Source: a bacterium (GTDB lineage: Bacteria; Electryoneota; JAOADG01). Taken from it: DNA of 64,000 nucleotides. The position numbers and the translations under genes are program-made. The notes under the pieces are model-generated. The model made no database searches. It was not told where the DNA came from and saw only the letters and a list, made by a program, of their open reading frames with translations. This document shows positions 29,561 to 38,386 of the stretch, piece after piece (the first letter of the stretch is position 1; each line of letters starts with the position of its first letter). The stretch covers positions 3,968,001 to 4,032,000 of the forward strand of contig OY820579.1 in the NCBI GenBank assembly GCA_963681965.1, given 5' to 3'.

Positions 29561-30057
29561 TAAAGATCCAGCGGCTCGTCACCGCCCCCCCGTATGGCGT
29601 CGACAATATCCTTCCACTTTCCCTTCTGAGGATCGATATCGGCGTCAGCCTGTTGACTTCGTTCAGTAATGATTTCGCCGATTTGCAGCGCAATCTTCTC
29701 CGAATACATTTTCACCATTCCCAATGTGGTTGCTTCATTGAAGATCGCAACCAGCAGATGATCGGTAGTCAATTTTACGACAAATATTCCGTTCTTTTCC
29801 CCTTTCCAGAACGTCGATTCGAAATTCGTTTCGCCGGCAACTTTCGCCGTTTCCTTGGCGGCGCCGAACGAAGCGGCGATCAGGGTTGCCAATCCGATCG
29901 GATCGGTCAGCTCGCTCGAACCGACTCGGGCATAGATATAGCCATCCTCACCGATCAACAGCGCCGTCGAAGCTTGTGCCTCTTCGATCAGTACCGTGAG
30001 ACAGGTGGTTATGACTACAAGAGTCGATTCGTCGATGGTCGTGTCGCGGATAATCAC
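29560..30057 (-). CDS. mglB: Roadblock/LC7 protein, MglB-like GTPase-activating protein
   Basis: ALLIGEDG, LATLIAASFGAAKETAKVAGE, LLVAIFNEATTLGMVK; directly downstream of mglA. Confidence 0.8.
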   Translation of the reverse strand: MIIRDTTIDESTLVVITTCLTVLIEEAQASTALLIGEDGYIYARVGSSELTDPIGLATLIAASFGAAKETAKVAGETNFESTFWKGEKNGIFVVKLTTDHLLVAIFNEATTLGMVKMYSEKIALQIGEIITERSQQADADIDPQKGKWKDIVDAIRGGGDEPLDL

Positions 30058-30059
30058 GG

Positions 30060-30827
30060 TTACTTGCCCTTACCGAATAACCGACCAAGCCATGCGAACA
30101 TGCCGGGTTTCTTAGCCGGAGCTGCCGCTTTTTCTTCCGGTTTGGCTGCCGGTGCACTCTTCGGTTTTCCGATCGTGGTCGATGGTGTCGGCGGCACTTC
30201 GGGTGCTGGTGCCGATGCTGCAGCAGCATCGACTTCGGCGAAAATTGTTCGTTTGAAATCTTCAATCACACAGGTAGTGATCGCTTTCAACGTATCGAAT
30301 ACCCCTTGTCCGGTCAGCGCTACCGCCTCGACAAACGGCAATCCCTTCGAATTCAATTCGATATTAAGAATATCGAGTGGAATTACGCCTGGGATGTCAC
30401 GCTTGTTGAATTGAAACACGAGTGGAATCGTATCGGGATTCATTTTCAGTTCGCGCAAGTTCGCCATCAAATTTTCGAGACTCTCTTTGTTCTCGGCGAT
30501 TTTTCCATGCTGCGAATCGGCAACGAAAACGATGCCGTCTGCACCCTGCAACACGAGTTTCCGCGACTGGTTGTAATAAACCTGACCCGGAACGGTGAAG
30601 AGTTGCATGCGCAACGAAAATCCCTTCACTTTTCCGATTTCCAGTGGAAGTAAGTCGAAGAACAACGTGCGATCCTGCTGGGTTGCAACTGAAGACAATT
30701 CGCCTCGTTTATCGGCGGGTAGCATTCGATGAATCGTCTGAAGATTCGTGGTTTTACCGCATAGCCCCGGTCCGTAATAAACGATTTTACATTCTAATTC
30801 GCGTTTTGCATAATTGATGGTTGCCAT
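30060..30827 (-). CDS. mglA: MglA small Ras-like GTPase with C-terminal extension
   Basis: INYAKRELECKIVYYGPGLCGKTTNL, DRTLFFD, TVPGQ, FNKRD, EAVA; ATG 30827 follows an AGAGG RBS. Confidence 0.93.
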   Translation of the reverse strand: MATINYAKRELECKIVYYGPGLCGKTTNLQTIHRMLPADKRGELSSVATQQDRTLFFDLLPLEIGKVKGFSLRMQLFTVPGQVYYNQSRKLVLQGADGIVFVADSQHGKIAENKESLENLMANLRELKMNPDTIPLVFQFNKRDIPGVIPLDILNIELNSKGLPFVEAVALTGQGVFDTLKAITTCVIEDFKRTIFAEVDAAAASAPAPEVPPTPSTTIGKPKSAPAAKPEEKAAAPAKKPGMFAWLGRLFGKGK

Positions 30828-30858
30828 ATCGGATCCTCTGCAAGATCGGTTGAGTTGC

Positions 30859-31212
30859 TTACTCTCGTGAATAATTGCCAATACTATCCAATCGCGTTTG
30901 AAGCGAACCGGCAAGTGCCAGTAGCTGACCGTAATTGGCGTTGGGTTCGGTTATTGCCGTTAGCAGCACCGAACCGCCATCGACGGTCACGACCGTTCGA
31001 TCGTCCAACGTCAGCAGCATCGTGCGGTAGTTGTCGTCGTCGATCTGCGCCAATGCGGTTCGCAAATCGTTGGCATAATTCGCCAGCCGCGGACCCAAGT
31101 GGTCGGTCTTCGATTCCGGAAAATGCTCGATCACAATTCCATCCCGGTCGATTAACTCGACTTCAAGGATGCCGTCCGCTGTAATAAAACTATTGAAAAA
31201 AGAATTCTTCAT
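30859..31212 (-). CDS. Roadblock/LC7 protein (second copy)
   Basis: DGILEVELIDRDGIVI...LLTAITEPNANYGQL roadblock pattern. Confidence 0.72.
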   Translation of the reverse strand: MKNSFFNSFITADGILEVELIDRDGIVIEHFPESKTDHLGPRLANYANDLRTALAQIDDDNYRTMLLTLDDRTVVTVDGGSVLLTAITEPNANYGQLLALAGSLQTRLDSIGNYSRE

Positions 31213-31221
31213 ACCCTTAAC

Positions 31222-31596
31222 TCATAATTTGATGAGTGGTAGTAAAAAACGTGCCGTCTGCTGGCTCAGTTTCCAGGAATGATCCACTTCCGTATTCCAG
31301 CAATAGACAATCAGGTATTCGCGATAAACCAAACAATGCAATTGCGTCGATGGAAGCGATACCGAGAATTGATCGAACGCTTTCTCGGAATGCTCACTCG
31401 CGGTTCGCAATACCCGTAAGTACCGGATCGCTTGTCCGGCGACCGTCAGCTGTTCCTGACGCTCCATCGATCCGCATTGAAGAACCGGAAGTCCTACCGC
31501 CGAAACGATCATCACATGACGCATTCCCGGTTTTCCGGTAATCGTCGCAAGCACCGATTCCAGCGATTTGGGCGGAAAGAGGCGCCAGTACCACAT
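31222..31596 (-). CDS. Divergent roadblock/LC7-like protein (third copy)
   Basis: LESVLATITGKPGMRHVMIVSAVGLPVL; ATG 31596 lies 1 nt after the upstream stop. Confidence 0.6.
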   Translation of the reverse strand: MWYWRLFPPKSLESVLATITGKPGMRHVMIVSAVGLPVLQCGSMERQEQLTVAGQAIRYLRVLRTASEHSEKAFDQFSVSLPSTQLHCLVYREYLIVYCWNTEVDHSWKLSQQTARFLLPLIKL

Positions 31597-31597
31597 T

Positions 31598-32467
31598 TTA
31601 TAAGCCTTCCAGGAAATTGGTAAAGCTGCTGACTTCTTGTTCTGCCAATTGCGCAATGTCTTCAGCCTTCGTCAGCAATCCTTCCTTGTTCATCAGATGC
31701 AATCGCTCGATCGCTTTCAACCATTCGTCACCGGTTAACGATTCGCCGCGAAGTTTCGCTTCCACATTGATCGCGTGAACATAACCGCCTAATCCGCGAT
31801 CGGTCAACATTTCCGCGATATCTGTCGATATAAATTTTCCGTCCCACTCTTTATCGCGTGCAAGCAACGTGGAAATGTCGCGGACAATTTCCTTGATTCC
31901 ATTCAATGGTTGCGCTGCATACGATTTCTCGACGGCATTCGAAATCGATACTTGAAATTCCCGTCGCGAGAGTTTCAGTTGCGGTGAATCCTGCAAGAAC
32001 ATCGCGACTTGACGAAATGCCGGCACTGCCAGTCGTTCCCAATTCGACAAATATTTCAAAATGACATTCAGCGCATTTGCCGCCAATTCTCGCTTGATCA
32101 ACGTGTTTTCGCGGCGATCGAACAGCAGCTTGGTTGTCTCTTCAACCGGAGTCCAAGTAAACCGATAATAGAAATTGTAGGCTTCCCGATAAATTTTCTG
32201 CACATCTTCGAATTTCAACGGCCACGGTCGTGTCAGATGGTACTGAAGCTGCGCCATCGACTCTTGCGGACTGTCGGAATTCATCATGATCTTCACGGGA
32301 CCGAGTGCAATCTCGCCACCGAACAGTGGAGAAAACAGGATATACAGATAACTGCGGATAGTGCCGTGTGTTCGGTTGACAACGTCTTTCAGTTCCTGCT
32401 TCCCATCCTGTTGAATAATCGATCGGGTATCCTGCAGGGAAATATGTTCAATAATGCCGCTATCCAT
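31598..32467 (-). CDS. Hypothetical all-helical protein
   Basis: 289 aa, GGAG RBS, tightly packed in the operon. Confidence 0.75.
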   Translation of the reverse strand: MDSGIIEHISLQDTRSIIQQDGKQELKDVVNRTHGTIRSYLYILFSPLFGGEIALGPVKIMMNSDSPQESMAQLQYHLTRPWPLKFEDVQKIYREAYNFYYRFTWTPVEETTKLLFDRRENTLIKRELAANALNVILKYLSNWERLAVPAFRQVAMFLQDSPQLKLSRREFQVSISNAVEKSYAAQPLNGIKEIVRDISTLLARDKEWDGKFISTDIAEMLTDRGLGGYVHAINVEAKLRGESLTGDEWLKAIERLHLMNKEGLLTKAEDIAQLAEQEVSSFTNFLEGL

Positions 32468-32476
32468 AAATTCTCC

Positions 32477-32833
32477 TTACTGACGGTGCTTGCGATTTCG
32501 TTCGATTTCGAGTTGTTTTTCGATTTTCGAATGCAAATAACCGAGTTCGATCGGTCGATTATATTTGGCGGTAATCCAATCACCATTGGTGCGAATCGCC
32601 ACAAGAATACTCTGCTCACCTTCGAGATATACCGCACAATCGGCTTTTTCCGGAAACAACGGGTGATGACCGAATGCCGCACAAACTTTTCCAATCCCTT
32701 TGCTGTCAGTCGCTGCCGCATCGGCTGCGGAAACAACCGTACTCCCCTCGCAACCGGTCAACGTCTCGAGATACTTTCTCCAGAAAGTCACTCGGGGATT
32801 GGGATTGCGATTTTCAGGTTCGTCACTCATCAT
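32477..32833 (-). CDS. Hypothetical protein (118 aa)
   Basis: ATG 32833 follows the kinase stop and the ORF fills the operon gap. Confidence 0.6.
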   Translation of the reverse strand: MMSDEPENRNPNPRVTFWRKYLETLTGCEGSTVVSAADAAATDSKGIGKVCAAFGHHPLFPEKADCAVYLEGEQSILVAIRTNGDWITAKYNRPIELGYLHSKIEKQLEIERNRKHRQ

Positions 32834-32846
32834 CGACTCGGAAACA

Positions 32847-34754
32847 CTATTCTTCAATATTGATCGGGATACTTGGTAACAGGAACGAAATACGATTCCA
32901 TGGCTCGTTGCGATAGGGAACAATCACTCCGCCATTCTTCTGAATCAAGCGTTGCACGGCGAACAAACCGATGTCGGTACCGCCTGCTTCGGCACGGAAG
33001 AATGGGTCGAACAAGCGCGCGAGAATTTCCGGCGACGACTTGGGACCGTTGTCGTTGAACCGGATGACGGTACCACCGCCTAAATAATTCTGGCGAATCG
33101 ATTCCAATGTAAAGACTTGCTCCGGTTCGGTCAATGCCAAACCTTCCAACGGTGCCGCTTCGATCAGGATTTCACCACCCTGATCGACACTGTCGATCGC
33201 ATGAACGAGCAGATTCAACATCGTCTGTAAAATCTGGTCGGGATTGACAAATACTTTGATATCTTGCGCTGTTTCGACATACTTCACGGAAATCTTTTTC
33301 GCGGCGATTTTACTCGACATTAATTCGAATGTTTGCGTGTGTATGCCCGATACCGAGATCAATTCGGGTTGTTCACGACTGACCCGGATTGCGGCAAAGA
33401 ACGACTGGAACAGCCGATTCAAGCGATGCACCTGACTGTTGGTTCGGTGCAGCATCTCGACCGCGGGATGATCCTTCTCCAATTTCAATTCGATCAATTG
33501 CGTCATGCCGGAAATACTAGCCAGCGGATTGCGAATATCGTGCGCGAGCGCAGATGCCAAAATTTCCATCGAAGCAAGTTGTTCCAACCGGATGCGTTCT
33601 TCCTGCATGTGCTTGATCAGCGAGATATCGCGGAAATGAATCACCGTACCGACTTTACGACCCAAGCGATTGGTCCGCGTAGTGACCGAATAGCCGATCT
33701 GAATTCGATTATAATTGATATCCACCGACAATTCGTATGTCTGCCACGGTTTATCTTCGCTCGCATGCTGCATAATCTCTTGGGCGATATTGTCGCCAAA
33801 CAGCGAACCGAGCGTCGATCCGAACACGACATCGTTATTCAAACCGATAATTTCGCGTGCCGCTTTATTCATGAATTCGAGACGACCGTTCAGATCGACG
33901 GTGATGACACCGGAATACAGCGAATCTAGAATACTGCGGCTGAACATGTGCACAGCTTCTTCCAATCGGTGCAATTGCGTAAGGTCGTGAAATACGATCG
34001 TGCGACCGCAAACGGAGCCATTTTCGTTCCGTAATTCGGTCAGCGAACATTCGATTACCATCGGACCGCGCGGTGTTTCGATATGCAGCTCGCGCGAAAG
34101 TAGAAAACTGGTGATTGGGGAATTCAGAATCAACTCTTCCGCTTCTTTTCCGAAGAGCTTGTGGAGCGGAGTATTCTGAACTTCAGTCGACTCTAGTCCG
34201 AGAGAGATAATTGCCGAACGATTGACAAAATAAACGCGACCGTTTTCCAGCACCGAGAGAATACCGATGCCGATCGAATCGATAATACTTTTTGCGTTGG
34301 TGGAGATATCGAAGGCGATCGGTTCATCCTGGGTAGAGGAGTCTGCCGTAGCCAGATCGGTTTTTCGGTCGGAGGTCGATTCCAGAGAATTGATGATATC
34401 AAGCAGCAGTTTCATCGATACGGGTCGCCGGAGCAGAAAAGAAGCACCGGTAAGATTCAAAAATTCGCGGGAATTGCGTTCGCTGTCTTCGGTAATCGCA
34501 ATCCAACTGACTGCTCCATCCGAGGGGAGACCGACTTTTTTCCGGTAAGCCCGGAGAATTTCGGTGTAGCTCATCTCGGAGGGGGGATCGTTTAAAACTA
34601 GCAGCGAAAATCGATGGCGGTTGGAAATTCCTTTCAACATCGTACCGGGAGTAGGGAAAGCACTAACGCTCCGCCCGGCATGTTCGAGGGAGCGTGCATA
34701 TTTTTCCCGTAGTTTCTCGTCTGGTTCGACTAATACAATTGAATCGATTTTCAC
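32847..34754 (-). CDS. Atypical sensor histidine kinase: pseudo-REC + 2 PAS + HisKA + degenerate HATPase
   Basis: H-box LAHDIRNPL; two PAS-like segments; altered N/G boxes NLLVHA, DNGPK, GTDIG; no TM segments seen. Confidence 0.85.
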   Translation of the reverse strand: MKIDSIVLVEPDEKLREKYARSLEHAGRSVSAFPTPGTMLKGISNRHRFSLLVLNDPPSEMSYTEILRAYRKKVGLPSDGAVSWIAITEDSERNSREFLNLTGASFLLRRPVSMKLLLDIINSLESTSDRKTDLATADSSTQDEPIAFDISTNAKSIIDSIGIGILSVLENGRVYFVNRSAIISLGLESTEVQNTPLHKLFGKEAEELILNSPITSFLLSRELHIETPRGPMVIECSLTELRNENGSVCGRTIVFHDLTQLHRLEEAVHMFSRSILDSLYSGVITVDLNGRLEFMNKAAREIIGLNNDVVFGSTLGSLFGDNIAQEIMQHASEDKPWQTYELSVDINYNRIQIGYSVTTRTNRLGRKVGTVIHFRDISLIKHMQEERIRLEQLASMEILASALAHDIRNPLASISGMTQLIELKLEKDHPAVEMLHRTNSQVHRLNRLFQSFFAAIRVSREQPELISVSGIHTQTFELMSSKIAAKKISVKYVETAQDIKVFVNPDQILQTMLNLLVHAIDSVDQGGEILIEAAPLEGLALTEPEQVFTLESIRQNYLGGGTVIRFNDNGPKSSPEILARLFDPFFRAEAGGTDIGLFAVQRLIQKNGGVIVPYRNEPWNRISFLLPSIPINIEE

Positions 34755-35376
34755 CGACTAACCGCCTATTCTGCGAAGACTTAAAAAGAACAAAATGATA
34801 CTTAGCGAAAAACTGAAAGACTAAATTTGCAGTAAGAAGTACGGAACAATGAAGCGAAGCGAGCACTCTCAAGTCGTATGAACGCAATATATTTGTTATC
34901 CAACGCCCTAGACAAGCTTTTTATCGACATTTATGAACTAGAATTGACCACCATCACTTCATTTCACTCGGATACATCAGCTAACTGATCGTTTTCAAAC
35001 CGACCCGGATTCTCATTGAAACGGTAGCGATTTTGTAAAACATTATAAAATTGCTTCAATCGGATGCAAACTTCAACTGAATTGTGTATTTTAAGATCGA
35101 AAGCAATATCCAACCGGCTGACTGATAAATTGGTATTTTGTAAAATCACACGTCGTTAGAAACCTAACATCAATTTAATCAATCCTCGAAGAGGAATAAC
35201 AACACACAGATCCTGATAATAAACGATTTTATTTATTTTCGATTTATTAGTTATACGATAAAAATAAAATATCTTTCGGGAAAAAGTAGCGACGACTAGC
35301 GTAAGTAAATTAATTTATTTAATTTCATTAAGATGCATTTATTTATCGGTGTGTTTTGAAGGAATAAGGAAGTATC

Positions 35377-36261
35377 GTGTCTGAATCCGAATCAGCAGCC
35401 AATCGTCTTGATCAAATCTCCAATCTGCCCACTATTCCCGGAATTCTGGTTGAAATCCTCGGATCGTTGCAGGATCCCAATATTGGCTTCGATTCCTTAA
35501 AAAAAATTGTCTACAAAGATCCGCCACTCGCCGCACGGATTTTACGGATTGCCAATAGCGCTTATTTCGGAAGATCGAATCCGACCAATTCACTGGAGAC
35601 GGCTTTTTTAACGATCGGCATCAATGAATTAATCATGATTATCTCTAGCATTGGTGTCGTCAATTCGTTTGCGCAATTCGGCAATCGCTCGTTCGATCGT
35701 CGCATCCTTTGGAAACACAGCTTAATGACCGGTCTGGTTGCCCGTTATATCAGTCAAAAATTGAATCTCGGGCAGCGAACCAATAACGACGAATTCATCG
35801 CCGGACTGTTGCACGATCTGGGTCATATCATCATTTCGCACTATTTTCCAAAAGAATTCGTTCGCATTCAGGATAGTGCGAAACAAGGACTCGATCCTTT
35901 GGAAATCGAACGCTCAGAACTTGGCAACGACCATTCGGAGATCTCGGCGTTGATTGCTACCCGTTGGCGGTTCTCCGAGACGTTAGTAAATATTCTGCGG
36001 TTCCACCACACTCCTGAGCAGTTCCCCGGCGACCGAACACTGGTACGATTGATCCACTTTTCCGATCGCATTTGCAGTTGGCGACCGAGCGATGAAAAAC
36101 CGATCCCGGTAGAAAATTTGATACTGGATCCGGAATTATTGAAAATAGCATTTCCCGATGCGATACCTGAACGCCTCATTCAGTATTCATTGGCGATTCG
36201 GGAATTGCCTAAAGAAATGGAACGATTTAACGATTTAGCATCGACGATGGATATCTCGTAA
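35377..36261 (+). CDS. Stand-alone HDOD-domain protein
   Basis: LPTIP, DPPLAARILRIANSAYF, WKHS, AGLLHDLG, HSEIS, RFHH. Confidence 0.88.
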   Translation: MSESESAANRLDQISNLPTIPGILVEILGSLQDPNIGFDSLKKIVYKDPPLAARILRIANSAYFGRSNPTNSLETAFLTIGINELIMIISSIGVVNSFAQFGNRSFDRRILWKHSLMTGLVARYISQKLNLGQRTNNDEFIAGLLHDLGHIIISHYFPKEFVRIQDSAKQGLDPLEIERSELGNDHSEISALIATRWRFSETLVNILRFHHTPEQFPGDRTLVRLIHFSDRICSWRPSDEKPIPVENLILDPELLKIAFPDAIPERLIQYSLAIRELPKEMERFNDLASTMDIS

Positions 36262-36298
36262 CACGAATTCCATCTCGAGCAAATCAATTGGGTGAAAT

Positions 36299-37408
36299 AT
36301 GAATGGCACTCCCGCACGAATACTAGTAGTTGACGATGAACCGAATTTGCGCGATTTGCTCGAATCATTCTTAGTACAATTGGGTTACGAAGTTGAAACT
36401 GCTAGAGACGGTATCGAAGCGTTAGCCAAGATCGACCTCGATTTCGATTTAATGTTCCTCGATCTGATCATGCCCGGCATGGATGGCTACGAAGTCATTC
36501 AACGCGTCCGCGAAAATCCCAGCGGGATCGACCTGCCGATTATTGTGTGTACCGGTTTAACCGGTTCCGATCATCGATTGCAAGCGATCGAAATGGGTGC
36601 CAACGATATCGTGTTGAAGCCATTCGATTTCACCGAGATCCGCATCCGAGCAGCCGTACAACTCCGCGTCAAATCCGCTTTCAACGACTTGCGCCGAAAG
36701 AAAGACGATCTCGAAGCAGTAGTAACGAAACGAACGCAAGCCCTCCGCAAATCGCTGGACGACGTCGTCAATGCCGAACGGAAAGTTCGCGAAGCCTATA
36801 TCGAATCAATCTATCGACTGGTCATTGCGACGGAATATTCCGATTCCAACACCGGCTTTCATATTCAGCGGATGAGCAAATACAGTGCGCTGATCGGTCG
36901 CACTGTCGGGCTTTCGCCGGGTGACGTTGAAACCATACTCCACGCCAGCCCGATGCACGATATTGGAAAGATTGGTACTCCACAGGAAATCCTCTCGAAG
37001 CCGGGCAAACTTACCGATTCCGAGCGAAGAGTGATTCAACAGCACACGATGATCGGTTCCCAGATCCTCATTAATTCATCGGCGGCATTGCTGCAAGCCG
37101 GTTCGGAAATCGCTTTGAGTCACCACGAACGGTGGGATGGTAAAGGATACCCGCATCGTCTAGCCGGCGAAGAAATTCCGGTATTTGCACGAATTAGCGC
37201 AGTAGCCGACGTATTCGATGCACTGACGACCGAACGTCCCTATAAACCGGCAATCTCCAACGATGCCGCACTGATGCTGATGAAAAACGAACGAGGACAC
37301 CACTTCGATCCGGTCATGGTCGATGCCTTTCTGGACAATTTCGATGAAGTCGAGCATATTCAACGAACGGTTATGAACAATATTTCACCGATATTTATGT
37401 TCGAATAA
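36299..37408 (+). CDS. REC + HD-GYP cyclic-dinucleotide phosphodiesterase (RpfG-like)
   Basis: ILVVDD, FLDLIMP, KPF; MHDIGKIG, HHERWDGKGYP, VADVFDAL, RPYK. Confidence 0.92.
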   Translation: MNGTPARILVVDDEPNLRDLLESFLVQLGYEVETARDGIEALAKIDLDFDLMFLDLIMPGMDGYEVIQRVRENPSGIDLPIIVCTGLTGSDHRLQAIEMGANDIVLKPFDFTEIRIRAAVQLRVKSAFNDLRRKKDDLEAVVTKRTQALRKSLDDVVNAERKVREAYIESIYRLVIATEYSDSNTGFHIQRMSKYSALIGRTVGLSPGDVETILHASPMHDIGKIGTPQEILSKPGKLTDSERRVIQQHTMIGSQILINSSAALLQAGSEIALSHHERWDGKGYPHRLAGEEIPVFARISAVADVFDALTTERPYKPAISNDAALMLMKNERGHHFDPVMVDAFLDNFDEVEHIQRTVMNNISPIFMFE

Positions 37409-37596
37409 TCCAGCATATGGCAGTTCATTTGATTTAAATAAGATCTGATCGATTTCATCCCCGGTTTGCCGAACCGAGTGATTTTTCCGTATTTTGTAAA
37501 TCTTGGTTGGCATAACCAGCAACGGCAAATACGTCTGTTTAAGTTTGCCGCTAAACAGTTTTCACATAGTCTCGCCTTCAGTTTAGGAGTTCGATC

Positions 37597-38331
37597 ATGA
37601 AGGGTATCGTTCTAGCCGGCGGAACCGGAAGCCGTCTCTTTCCCCTGACCAAAGTCACCAATAAGCATTTACTCCCAGTCGGTCTCGCCCCGATGATATT
37701 TCATCCAATCTGGAAGTTGGTCGAAGCGGGTATTGAAGAGATCATGATTGTTACCGGTGTCGAACATGTCGGTGCTGTGGTTAATCTGCTGGGTTCCGGT
37801 CGCGAGTACAATGCCCGGTTCACTTACCGTGTCCAGGACGAAGCTGGCGGGATTGCACAGGCGTTAGGATTAGCAGAAAACTTTGTACACGGCGACCGCA
37901 TGGTCGTGATTCTAGGCGATAATATTTTCGAAGACAGCCTTGTCGATACCGTGAAGAACTTCGCGGTACAACGTCGAGGCGCCCGCATTTTATTGAAACA
38001 AGTTCCCGATCCGCAACGCTACGGTGTTGCCGAAGTTATCGACGGCAAAGTACTGAACATCGAAGAAAAACCGAAGCAACCGAAAAGCGATTGGGCAGTT
38101 ACCGGGATCTATTGTTACGATTCCGAAGTATTTAATATTGTAAAAACCTTGAAACCGTCGGCTCGAAACGAATTAGAAATCACCGATGTCAACAATTATT
38201 ACTTGCAACTCGGGGAATTGGAAGCGGATTACTTCAAAGGATGGTGGACCGACGCCGGCACCTTCGATTCCCTTCGCGTTGCCGATGATTTAGCACGAAG
38301 TGTCGCGGCACCGTTCGGGTCGAAAAAATAG
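37597..38331 (+). CDS. Sugar-phosphate nucleotidyltransferase (short RmlA/SpsI-like glucose-1-phosphate thymidylyltransferase)
   Basis: GIVLAGGTGSRL, NKHLLP, LGDN, EEKP, ELEITD, WTDAGT. Confidence 0.88.
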   Translation: MKGIVLAGGTGSRLFPLTKVTNKHLLPVGLAPMIFHPIWKLVEAGIEEIMIVTGVEHVGAVVNLLGSGREYNARFTYRVQDEAGGIAQALGLAENFVHGDRMVVILGDNIFEDSLVDTVKNFAVQRRGARILLKQVPDPQRYGVAEVIDGKVLNIEEKPKQPKSDWAVTGIYCYDSEVFNIVKTLKPSARNELEITDVNNYYLQLGELEADYFKGWWTDAGTFDSLRVADDLARSVAAPFGSKK

Positions 38332-38386
38332 TAATGTATCATCTACGCGACATAAGTCGCACCAGTGAGTCAATAAGGAGAACTAT

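Noticed and set aside
29554-30414. 286-aa plus-strand ORF
   Set aside because: Antisense shadow of mglA/mglB; no recognisable motifs
32009-32863. 284-aa plus-strand ORF
   Set aside because: Antisense to tightly packed minus-strand operon genes; no recognisable motifs
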